Part shown: piece after piece, positions 28,125-36,157 of the stretch
How the letters are laid out: every line of letters begins with the position of its first letter
Position numbering within the stretch: the stretch's first letter is position 1
Source: an uncultured Candidatus Saccharibacteria bacterium
GTDB taxonomy: Bacteria; Patescibacteriota; Minisyncoccia; Phycocordibacterales; UBA9988
Direction: 5' to 3'
DNA length: 64,000 bases
Assembly: GCA_964401135.1 (NCBI GenBank)
Contig: CAYNXC010000001.1
Span: 122,778-186,777 of the forward strand
Translations under genes and position numbers: made by a program
The notes under the pieces: model-generated
What the model was told of the DNA's origin: nothing
What the model saw: the letters and a program-made list of their open reading frames with translations, nothing else
Databases searched by the model: none

Positions 28125-29084
28125 ATGCCAAATAGTTTTCGTATTAACAAATTATTCAATAAATTAATATTTATTGGAGAAATCTGCCAGATCAGAAACA
28201 ACCCTTGGAACAAAGAGCGGGTTGAACAGTGGCTAGCAGGCAATGGTGGTGCACTCTCTACAATTGAACAATCGTCAATAAAGAAAATCACTGATATAGC
28301 ATCAGAAGTAGGCATCAATCTCATTGAGGCTTATTTTTTGACCAAAGAGAATGAACAATTGTGGAATATTTTGGGACAAGAGATTGGAACAACTCACACG
28401 GGGGCAATTAAAGAAGTACTTGAGAATTTTTCTCATCGTTTTGACATCGTCTGGCAGAAAGAAGAAACGCATCTCATGAGAATAAGTAAATTTTTTAACT
28501 CACAATCAAAAAAAATAGAAACGGCATTAGCACAAGTAGAATCCCTCACAGGATTACAGAACAAAACAAAGCTCACTGACATACCCATACAGTTAGCAAT
28601 GAGCAGTGCAGAAGAGGATGATATTGTAGGATGGTACTCAACCTTTGAAGAAAAAACGGATCTTGTGCTGGAATGTTCTGGAGTAATTGAGAATAATTTC
28701 CCTTTTCTTGAAGCAGTGTTACTGCACGAACTGTTCCATCTTGCATTAAGAAGTCACTCTGTAGTGATGCCTTTGATTGTGAGTGTTGCTGATGAAAATC
28801 AAGACCTCCTCAGTCCCCTCTCTCAAGATATGCCGCCTTTCCAAATTCTTGAGGAGCTACTCATCAGTTCTTTTACTCCAGAGGGATACTTGGCAACAAA
28901 ATACTTTAACACCACGATAAGTATTGCGGAAAAAACTGACGAATCAGTGCTTCACAACTTCACATTGATCAGACGGCGGAGTGCTCACGCAATGAGAAAT
29001 CTGGCGAAAGAATATACGGATGAAAAAAAGTGCATAGATAAGATGTACTTAAACTCCCTCACTGAGACAATAAAAAACGGGTAG
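28125..29084 (+). CDS. HExxH...E metallopeptidase-like protein 2
   Basis: VLLHELFH followed by QILEELL. Start reassigned to ATG 28125, just after TATACT. Confidence 0.65.
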   Translation: MPNSFRINKLFNKLIFIGEICQIRNNPWNKERVEQWLAGNGGALSTIEQSSIKKITDIASEVGINLIEAYFLTKENEQLWNILGQEIGTTHTGAIKEVLENFSHRFDIVWQKEETHLMRISKFFNSQSKKIETALAQVESLTGLQNKTKLTDIPIQLAMSSAEEDDIVGWYSTFEEKTDLVLECSGVIENNFPFLEAVLLHELFHLALRSHSVVMPLIVSVADENQDLLSPLSQDMPPFQILEELLISSFTPEGYLATKYFNTTISIAEKTDESVLHNFTLIRRRSAHAMRNLAKEYTDEKKCIDKMYLNSLTETIKNG

Positions 29085-29103
29085 TGTATATGCACTACCC
29101 GTT
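29076..29103. terminator. intrinsic terminator after RiPP precursor
   Basis: aacgggtagtgta-ta-tgcactacccgtt, with a T-tract on the minus strand. Confidence 0.75.
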
Positions 29104-29122
29104 ATCGGGACCGAGTTGGAGT

Positions 29123-29248
29123 TTATTTCCTGTTGGCCCAGTGCCCTTTATCCCAAGGACCCTTGGCTTCGCCCTTGAGAGCTTGTTCTTTTGCTCGAAG
29201 TAATACTCGCGGAATTACGACTGATTTGCTTTGTTGAGAATTTTTCAC
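29123..29248 (-). CDS. putative RiPP precursor peptide (41 aa)
   Basis: Absent from the ORF track. AGAAAGGAGGTG-actacc-GTG gives MKNSQQSKSVVIPRVLLRAKEQALKGEAKGPWDKGHWANRK*. It starts 39 nt downstream of the rSAM gene and is followed by a terminator. Confidence 0.85.
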   Translation of the reverse strand: MKNSQQSKSVVIPRVLLRAKEQALKGEAKGPWDKGHWANRK

Positions 29249-29287
29249 GGTAGTCACCTCCTTTCTGTCCTTAAGATCAATTCAATA

Positions 29288-30358
29288 TTACCCTACCAAT
29301 AAACCGTAGCTTATCAAGGTTTTCTGTATTTCTTCAAAAACTCTGAAATTTGCCGCGCAGACAGTATCTTTATTTCCATTCACATAATCTTTAAGACACC
29401 CACCGTGACAAAGAGTGTTCCATGGACAAGAAGTACATGCTGCTCTTGACCGTTGTGAGAGCTGGAGAAATTCTTGAAAATTGCTTCTCTCTACAACGTC
29501 ACTATAGGATTCCGTGACAGTTCCGAAACAAAAACAAGATTCGTTAAGTAAGCTGTCGCAAGGAAAGATTGACCCATCATTGTAGACAGTCACAAATTGA
29601 TCGCAGCGCCCCATGAGCGTACATTCACGGAATTCGCCGCCAAGAAGGATGTCAATGATGCTTTTGATATCACGAATTTCTAGATCAGGATTATCTATGT
29701 CAATCCAATGATGAAAAATCTTGATCAAAAAATCGGCGTACTGGTCTGCCGTGATAGCGTTTGAATCAGGTTCACGGATACGCAGGAACTTAATTGAATG
29801 GATATCACATGAGAGAAAAAACGAAATAATATCTTTTACCAAAGAGTAGTTTTGTCTTCCTATGCAACAGCTGACCCCGTTGAAAATTCCATTCTCTCGC
29901 AAATGAGTAATCCCACGGAGAACATCCTTGAGGTTCCCTTCCCCAGCACGAGAGACTCGGAGAGTGTCATGGATTACCGGCGGAGCATCAAGGCTTACCC
30001 CGACACAGAATTGTAATCCTGCAAACAACTTTGCCCATTCTTCATTGAGAAGGGTACCGTTTGTCTGCACAAAGTTTGCAATTTTTTTACCTTGGCGAAT
30101 CCATTCTGTCTGTAGCTGCCCAACAGCGCGATAAAATTGCATACCGGCAAGTAGTGGCTCACCTCCGTGCCAGACAAACTCAATTTCATCTTGATGAGAA
30201 CAGAAGAAATTAATGGTTGCTTGCAATGTCTCTTGCGACATTACTGCAGTAGATGACCGTTGTGGATCTAGAATTCCTCGCATGTAGCAATAACAACAAT
30301 TAAGGTTACATGCTCCATTCACCGGTTTAATGATGGGTACACTGAGTGGATTTCTCAC
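29288..30358 (-). CDS. radical SAM/SPASM domain protein (peptide maturase candidate)
   Basis: CNLNCCYC, WHGGEPLL, QTNGTLL and GVSLDA motifs, plus SPASM cysteines CTLMGRC...IFPC...CTSCPWNTLCHGGC...C. Confidence 0.93.
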   Translation of the reverse strand: MRNPLSVPIIKPVNGACNLNCCYCYMRGILDPQRSSTAVMSQETLQATINFFCSHQDEIEFVWHGGEPLLAGMQFYRAVGQLQTEWIRQGKKIANFVQTNGTLLNEEWAKLFAGLQFCVGVSLDAPPVIHDTLRVSRAGEGNLKDVLRGITHLRENGIFNGVSCCIGRQNYSLVKDIISFFLSCDIHSIKFLRIREPDSNAITADQYADFLIKIFHHWIDIDNPDLEIRDIKSIIDILLGGEFRECTLMGRCDQFVTVYNDGSIFPCDSLLNESCFCFGTVTESYSDVVERSNFQEFLQLSQRSRAACTSCPWNTLCHGGCLKDYVNGNKDTVCAANFRVFEEIQKTLISYGLLVG

Positions 30359-30410
30359 GGGAGATACCTCGTTTCTTTATTATTTTAAAGGTTCAAATAT
30401 ATCTGGTATT

Positions 30411-30439
30411 TTTATACCACATTATTCAACTTTATGCAA
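30411..30439 (-). promoter_or_regulatory. sigma70 promoter of rSAM-precursor operon
   Basis: TTGCAT-aaagttgaataatgtgg (17 nt)-TATAAA. Confidence 0.7.
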
Positions 30440-30518
30440 ACCTCAGCACTTCCACCTTAAGACTCATCCACGAGAACGGTCTCTGCTGTGCCGATGCCAT
30501 ATCTTTCTATTGTAGCAC
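30435..30518 (-). repeat. SET-gene 5' segment, copy B (truncated, diverged)
   Basis: Encodes MASAQQRPFSWMSLKVEVLRFA* and ends at TTTGCA-TAA. Confidence 0.9.
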
Positions 30519-31201
30519 TATCGGGAGTGAGGAGAAGATAACAGATTGAGTGATGAACTGACAAAAGCCTTCAGATCTTTACCGCTCTTTTCCCAGAGAA
30601 TTTGATGATGTTCTAGTGAGGTTTGTAAGTCGGGATAGAAGAGCTCTTCAGGACGACCAAGTACCACTTGCGCTTCAGGCTCGTTTAGGAGAATAACATT
30701 GAGAATTTCGGAGAGTTCCCACAATGGACCGCCATTCTTACTAAGATGTAGAGTTTCCTCCTTAAAATGCAGGTCAAGATATTTGAAGAAGACAAAGTGC
30801 AGGACCTCGTGGAACGCGACCTCAATGCGGTCCAGTAAATCTTTTTTATAGTAGACTTGGAATGTCTCGTCCTCCACAAAGCGAGGATTGCAATTAAATA
30901 TAGAGAGAAAACCTTTGTACTCGTGCGAGTGACTCTCCTCTCCAAAATAGTGGCGAGTGAAATTAAAGAATGTGGAGGATCGCTGGCCAAGCTCGTTGTT
31001 AGTCTCCTCAAGAATTTTGGCAAACTCTTGAGCATGAGCATCGTAAAATGAGTCTATGTACTGTGTACTATTCTCCGCAGTGATAGTGGAGTGGGCATCG
31101 CGAATCATCGCACCAAAATCGCGCCCAGCAACAGCAAAATTATGAAAATCGGTATAGGTTTCGTAATCCTGCTCTTTGTTCAATTCAATAGTAATCATCA
31201 T
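30518..31201 (-). CDS. HExxH...E metallopeptidase-like protein 3
   Basis: AFHEVLHF followed by WELSEILN. Start ATG 31201 overlaps the CYTH stop codon. Confidence 0.65.
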   Translation of the reverse strand: MMITIELNKEQDYETYTDFHNFAVAGRDFGAMIRDAHSTITAENSTQYIDSFYDAHAQEFAKILEETNNELGQRSSTFFNFTRHYFGEESHSHEYKGFLSIFNCNPRFVEDETFQVYYKKDLLDRIEVAFHEVLHFVFFKYLDLHFKEETLHLSKNGGPLWELSEILNVILLNEPEAQVVLGRPEELFYPDLQTSLEHHQILWEKSGKDLKAFVSSSLNLLSSPHSR

Positions 31202-31770
31202 TCCTTCTCCAATCCAGCCTGCACAAGTGCGAGATGCATCATCCCTATCGCCTCTGGTCGATCGGTGAGATTGAGGTGCGTGAGTATCCACTGCTTCAGT
31301 TCCCCTCTGATAGAATTACTCACCTCCTTGGGAACTTCTATCTCACACTCTATAAAGTATCGGTGTCCGTTAGAAAAAGTGAGGTCGTCAAGAGAAAATA
31401 CACAGGGGTAGGTAAAGAGCGTACCCGCAAAGTCGCGACGGGTTTTATGCAATGAGAGATGAGTCCCCTCTCCCTGTAACTCTGTCAATTCATCCGCCGT
31501 GCTCGCCCCTTCTACTTCGCGCCGCATCCGTTCTCCTTGCTCGTTTAAATACCATGTTTTTTCTGTTTTTTCGTAGTCCGTCCCGTTGTACACTCTAATA
31601 CGGGTAAAGTCCCATCCTTTGTCATCAAATTTTTTGAAATGGAAATAATGATCGCCTAACGATGACTCCTTACTCAAGGGGTACCCGAGAGTTGGGAGTG
31701 CTTCAATACAGTGTGCATACTCCTCTGTATTCAATTCCAATTTAATCTCGGTCTCAATGTGGTCTTTCAT
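31198..31770 (-). CDS. CYTH domain protein
   Basis: IETEIK (ExExK), DHYF, TRIR, REVE, KTRR and FIECE. Confidence 0.85.
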   Translation of the reverse strand: MKDHIETEIKLELNTEEYAHCIEALPTLGYPLSKESSLGDHYFHFKKFDDKGWDFTRIRVYNGTDYEKTEKTWYLNEQGERMRREVEGASTADELTELQGEGTHLSLHKTRRDFAGTLFTYPCVFSLDDLTFSNGHRYFIECEIEVPKEVSNSIRGELKQWILTHLNLTDRPEAIGMMHLALVQAGLEKE

Positions 31771-31792
31771 TATTGTATTTGTTTTTAATAAA

Positions 31793-31824
31793 AACGACTG
31801 AATAATGATCCTTATTCAGTCGTT
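31793..31824 (-). terminator. intrinsic terminator after kinase gene
   Basis: aacgactgaataa-tgatcc-ttattcagtcgtt. Confidence 0.7.
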
Positions 31825-31830
31825 GGTATT

Positions 31831-32424
31831 TTAGACTAGTTGGATTTTTTCTACAACCTCGTCCAAAGTTAGGTTTGTAGTATCGATTACAATTGGATCA
31901 AAAAGTGTTCTTGCATAATTAACCATAGCCTCTTCCATCCGTAAGAAGAAATCTGGATCCCGTATTACTTTTAAGTCATTCACGGTAACTTTTTCTGGTG
32001 ACTCTTTCATCCTTTTTCGAAGCCTTATCCTCCTCTCTTCAAGACTGGTAGTAAGAATGTAGACGCCTGTAAACCTAGGATGAAGTAAAGCTAAAGCCTC
32101 CAATCTTGCAAGAATCACGCTGAAATGAGCGGCGGCATGATAGGCGAGCGATCGTAAAAGAATTGTAGAGTCTTGGATTGTCGCTGAAATTGGCCAAGAA
32201 AAACGTTTCAGGTCATATTCTAACGCCTTCGCGTAAAGATACCCGATCCATTCAGAACCATCTTTTTCGATTTCTTTTGCAACTTGCAGAATATGATTAC
32301 TACCCAATAGAGATGAATGGCGGACCGTATAGTTTGGGTTGAGATGGTGAAGTCTTCGGATAACACTGGACTTTCCTGAAAGATCTATTCCTTCGACTAG
32401 ATAATACGGGACAGGTTTTTCCAC
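31831..32424 (-). CDS. thymidylate-kinase-like P-loop kinase
   Basis: LVEGIDLSGKSS Walker A, RSLAYH, ERRIRL lid and IDTTNLTLDEV. Confidence 0.8.
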   Translation of the reverse strand: MEKPVPYYLVEGIDLSGKSSVIRRLHHLNPNYTVRHSSLLGSNHILQVAKEIEKDGSEWIGYLYAKALEYDLKRFSWPISATIQDSTILLRSLAYHAAAHFSVILARLEALALLHPRFTGVYILTTSLEERRIRLRKRMKESPEKVTVNDLKVIRDPDFFLRMEEAMVNYARTLFDPIVIDTTNLTLDEVVEKIQLV

Positions 32425-32474
32425 TTTTCTTTCCTCAAAAATCTAAGTTTTTTCAAGAGCCATGCTCTATTCCA

Positions 32475-32503
32475 TTTATACCATATTATTTGGCTTTATG
32501 CAA
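32475..32503 (-). promoter_or_regulatory. sigma70 promoter of kinase gene
   Basis: TTGCAT-aaagccaaataatatgg (17 nt)-TATAAA, closely matching 30411-30439. Confidence 0.7.
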
Positions 32504-32605
32504 ACACCCCTTTGCCATACTTCCCCGTCTCCTGCACCTCCAACTTTGGGCTCATCCACGAGAACGGTCTCTGCTGTGCCGATGTCATATCTTCTATTGT
32601 AGCAC
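32499..32605 (-). repeat. SET-gene 5' segment, copy A (truncated)
   Basis: Encodes MTSAQQRPFSWMSPKLEVQETGKYGKGVFA*, 29 of 30 residues identical to the intact SET N-terminus. Confidence 0.93.
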
Positions 32606-32666
32606 TCTTTTATTTCTAGCTCCCAGTGGTAATCCGAGGTGCGGTGCGCTATGATAGGGTTACACA

Positions 32667-33965
32667 ATGAATATTCTGTTTATCACCAACGAGCTCATCG
32701 GTGGTGATGTGGCTTATCAGCTGACCAAAGAAGGGCACCAGGTAAAGCTATTCATCAAGGAGCGTGGAAGCAAGCACGACTTGGATGGTCTGGTAGAAAA
32801 GACGAGCAACTGGCGTCATGAGCTCTCTTGGGTCGGTAAGGACGGCCTCATCATCTTTGATGATGTGGGCTACGGCAAAGTCCAAGATGAGCTACGGCAG
32901 AAAGGATTCTCGGTCTTTGGCGGCTGTGAGAAGGCCGACCTCCTCGAGACCAACCGCCAGTACGGCAAGGAGCTCCTTGCCCACCATGGACTCAAAGGGC
33001 TCCCCTCCTACAACTTTGACTCCATCAGTGACGCTATCGGATTTGTGGAGCGCAACCGCGGACGCTGGGTCGTCAAACAGAACGGCCGCGCCTCAAAGGG
33101 CTTCAACTATGTTGGACACTTCCCCGACGGGAGAGATGTCATCAATGTTCTTGAGAACTACCGCGCCTTTGCCCGATACCGCTCATCAGTCATCACTCTC
33201 CAAGGATTTGTAGACGGCATAGAGATTGGAGTCGGCCGCTACTTCAATGGGAAGGATTGGGCAGGCCCTATTGAGATAAACATTGAGCATAAAAAACTAT
33301 TTCCCGGGGACTTAGGCCCAACCACCAGCGAGATGGGGACGCTCGCTTGGTACGACGACAATGAGGAAAATAAACTGTTTAGAGAAGCACTCGCCCCAAT
33401 CAGAGGGCATCTTGAAGAAATTAAGTATAGAGGAGACATTGATGTGAACTGCATTGTCAATGAGCATGGAGCCTTTCCTCTCGAGGTTACCGCGCGCATG
33501 GGCACCCCCGCCATCCACCTACACAGCGAACTGCACACAAGTCCCTGGGGAACATTTTTGAAAGAGATCGCTGACGGCAAGCCAAGCACATTGAAATGGA
33601 AAAAAGGGTTCGGCATCGTCGTCCTCATCGCCGTACCCCCATTCCCCTACGCTAAGCAAGTGCAGACAAACTCATCGCTCAGTACCACCATCCATTTTTC
33701 AGAGAAATTGCGTGCAGAAGGGCTCCCTCACATCCATTTTGAAGAGGCACGCTTTGATACAAAGACCAATCAGTACATTATTTCAGATACAAACGGCTAC
33801 CCGCTCTACATTACCGGCATGGGCGAGACTGTAAAAGAAGCTCGGCACGCAGTGTACCGTAGCATTAAAGAAACTTATATACCAAAAATGTTCTACCGTA
33901 ACGACATCGGGCTCAAATTTATGGAGCATGATGAGGAGAAGCTCCGCTCGTGGGGCTACCTATAA
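32667..33965 (+). CDS. PurD-like (GARS family) ATP-grasp ligase
   Basis: LETNRQYGK, VVKQNG, EHKKLFPGDLGPTTSEMG, LEVTARMG and MFYRNDIG. Lacks the canonical PurD GSGGREH motif. Confidence 0.75.
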   Translation: MNILFITNELIGGDVAYQLTKEGHQVKLFIKERGSKHDLDGLVEKTSNWRHELSWVGKDGLIIFDDVGYGKVQDELRQKGFSVFGGCEKADLLETNRQYGKELLAHHGLKGLPSYNFDSISDAIGFVERNRGRWVVKQNGRASKGFNYVGHFPDGRDVINVLENYRAFARYRSSVITLQGFVDGIEIGVGRYFNGKDWAGPIEINIEHKKLFPGDLGPTTSEMGTLAWYDDNEENKLFREALAPIRGHLEEIKYRGDIDVNCIVNEHGAFPLEVTARMGTPAIHLHSELHTSPWGTFLKEIADGKPSTLKWKKGFGIVVLIAVPPFPYAKQVQTNSSLSTTIHFSEKLRAEGLPHIHFEEARFDTKTNQYIISDTNGYPLYITGMGETVKEARHAVYRSIKETYIPKMFYRNDIGLKFMEHDEEKLRSWGYL

Positions 33966-34262
33966 TGTACTATTGTATTCCACGAAGCACTTAGGCTCCC
34001 CTACTGCACATGAGAGCTCGGGACATTCTTCCTCATCTGGATTACAAGAAGCCATGTACCTCGCCTGTTTATGTATGATTTTGTAGTAGTATGTCTGATC
34101 CCCATCCTCCTCAGTGAAACACTGTTCGCGCTCAGAGTCGCATGAGATATGCGCCACCACCTCGTAGTCCCGCAGTACTACAATACGGTGGTAGGTGATA
34201 ATGATGGAGCCCACAATCAAGAGTCCAAGAATGAGGAAGAGGTACTGCGACTTAACATCCAT
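33960..34262 (-). CDS. membrane-anchored Cys-rich hypothetical protein
   Basis: N-terminal TM followed by six cysteines (CDSEREQCF...CNPDEEECPELSC...KC). Confidence 0.7.
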   Translation of the reverse strand: MDVKSQYLFLILGLLIVGSIIITYHRIVVLRDYEVVAHISCDSEREQCFTEEDGDQTYYYKIIHKQARYMASCNPDEEECPELSCAVGEPKCFVEYNSTL

Positions 34263-34325
34263 CGTATAAGTGTAACAAAAGGTAGCGTAAATAAAAATCC
34301 CGCCACAGTAAGCTGTGGCGGGGCA

Positions 34326-35210
34326 TTATGCGCGAGATACGGTGATGATGATCCCGCAGATAACCATGGCCGCAATCGCGGCCAGCTTGCGGGGTAAGCC
34401 TTCCCGTTCACGGATAAACAAATCCGGAAACAAAAAAGAACAGAGGTATGCCCCGCCGACAACAAAGAAAGGCTGGAGGCAGCACGATCCCTCCATCACT
34501 GCGACAGGCATATGGAGCTTACCGATATCAAACAGCGCATCAGCAAGGATGCAGACAAGCTCTGCAAGGGAGCAGAGACCGAGCTTGCTCACGAGTCCGC
34601 GAGTCACACCGCGACGCGCATCTCGAGAGAGTAAGAATGCTGGCGCCCAGATGGCCTTACCAAGCATGTCCGCATAGAGTACCGACACCCAGTCCAGTCC
34701 TCGACCGTAGTGTGCAAAGATCACATCATTCGCGGCAAGGAGACCTGAGGAGAGGAGCATCAGTGCGATCACACGAGATGCGATTGTCGTACCAATACCA
34801 GAGAGGGCAAAGCCACCAACAATCACTCCGACAATAGCAAAGATCTCAAACCACCTAGGCAACTCGCCGAGGATGATGAGTGCAAAGACTATTCCAAACA
34901 CAGGGATCACCTGAAACCACGGCACAACATGAGAGGCGTCCTTCATCTGTAGCGCAATCAGATAGAACCACATAGCGAGTGAAAAGAGAGCACCGTTCAC
35001 CACAGCAAGTGCGATAAATCCTTCAAGGGAGAGTAGAGTTGTACACTCTCCATAGAGGCAGAATGCCGCCCCGAGGTTAAAGATCCCCCCGATTGCCATG
35101 AGCACCGCCGGATTAGACGCCTCTCGTCCTCTACCGCGAACGAGAAAGTTGTCGAGTAGATTAGCAGACGCAAAGAGTATTGGTGGGCCAAGCAGTAAAA
35201 CAAAGATCAC
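34326..35210 (-). CDS. EamA/DMT family transporter
   Basis: About ten hydrophobic segments and PVFGIVFALIILGE. Strong SD AGAAAGGAGGTG before the GTG. Confidence 0.8.
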   Translation of the reverse strand: MIFVLLLGPPILFASANLLDNFLVRGRGREASNPAVLMAIGGIFNLGAAFCLYGECTTLLSLEGFIALAVVNGALFSLAMWFYLIALQMKDASHVVPWFQVIPVFGIVFALIILGELPRWFEIFAIVGVIVGGFALSGIGTTIASRVIALMLLSSGLLAANDVIFAHYGRGLDWVSVLYADMLGKAIWAPAFLLSRDARRGVTRGLVSKLGLCSLAELVCILADALFDIGKLHMPVAVMEGSCCLQPFFVVGGAYLCSFLFPDLFIREREGLPRKLAAIAAMVICGIIITVSRA

Positions 35211-35496
35211 CGTATTTCACCTCCTTTCTTTATAGTGAAGTCAAAGTACTGAGACTAAATGCAGTATGACATATTCTCTATATTATGTCAATTTCTCATA
35301 AATAAAAACGGAATCCACAGTATTCTTCCGTAACTCCCAGAGTCGTAGCTGACGCTTAAAGAATGACACATCGCAGATGGCCAGACGATGTCCCCGAAGT
35401 AGTGGCTCCTATACATCACCTCCTTCTCGTGTGTGTAGGTACGAAAAACCCTGCGAGATACTACTACGCAGAGTTCTTTTTAGCAAAAGTGAGGCA

Positions 35497-35697
35497 CTAG
35501 CGGGCGATGAATGGCAGGAGTGCGAGGAAGCGTGCTCGCTTAATGGCTAGCGCGAGCTTGCGCTGGTGCTTGGAACATACCGAGCTCCGACTCTTCCCTA
35601 TCATGCGCGCGTGCGTATTCATAAAGCGCTTCAAAAGCTCTGTGTCCTTGTAGTCCACATGCTTTACATTACTGGTGCAAAAGTGACATTGCTTCAT
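35497..35697 (-). CDS. rpsR: 30S ribosomal protein S18
   Basis: CHFC, DYKD and HQRKLALAIKRARFLALLP. Confidence 0.96.
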   Translation of the reverse strand: MKQCHFCTSNVKHVDYKDTELLKRFMNTHARMIGKSRSSVCSKHQRKLALAIKRARFLALLPFIAR

Positions 35698-35699
35698 AC

Positions 35700-36152
35700 T
35701 TAAAATGGAATATCGTCTGGGTTAACTTCTTCACTGGGGTACTCTATCGTCTCTATGTCCGTGGTAGCGCTGGAGACTCTCCCTGTACTTGCAGGAGCTG
35801 AGCTACTTGCCCCCTCCCCTCCATCGCGACGGGGACCAAACTGCATCGTCTCGGCAACAATCTCGGTGCGGTACTTTTTCTGCCCATCTGAAGCATCCCA
35901 ACTCCGCGTCTGCATCCGTCCTTCAATGTACACAGCGCCTCCGCGGTGCAAGTACTGTGCGGCGAGCTCGGCCAGCTTGGCAAAGCAGACTACATTATGG
36001 TACTGCACATCCTCCTGTCGCGCGCCATTCTTATCCTTCCAAGTGCGGTTGGTTGCCACTGAGAAGCTGGTCACCGAGGTACCATTCGGGAGCCGGCGCG
36101 CTTCTGGGTCGCGAGTCAGATTGCCATAGATGAGAGCTTTGTTCAAGTACAT
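35700..36152 (-). CDS. ssb: single-stranded DNA-binding protein
   Basis: LNKALIYGNLTRDPE, EGRMQTRSW and C-terminal DDIPF. Confidence 0.97.
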   Translation of the reverse strand: MYLNKALIYGNLTRDPEARRLPNGTSVTSFSVATNRTWKDKNGARQEDVQYHNVVCFAKLAELAAQYLHRGGAVYIEGRMQTRSWDASDGQKKYRTEIVAETMQFGPRRDGGEGASSSAPASTGRVSSATTDIETIEYPSEEVNPDDIPF

Positions 36153-36157
36153 AGGTA

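Noticed and set aside
29288-30358. Anaerobic sulfatase maturase call
   Set aside because: The motifs are shared across the family, but there is no sulfatase in the window and a precursor-like ORF is co-transcribed. Not fully excluded without a search.
27980-32605. CRISPR array or integron attC interpretation of the three repeats
   Set aside because: The repeats are 84-108 nt coding-gene fragments about 2 kb apart and are not palindromic. No cas or intI gene is present.
32476-32667. 63-aa minus ORF (and similar short ORFs at 30330-30549)
   Set aside because: These are off-frame readings across the SET 5' repeat and promoter.
23705-35430. Prophage or IS element
   Set aside because: No integrase, transposase, terminase or structural genes were recognised.
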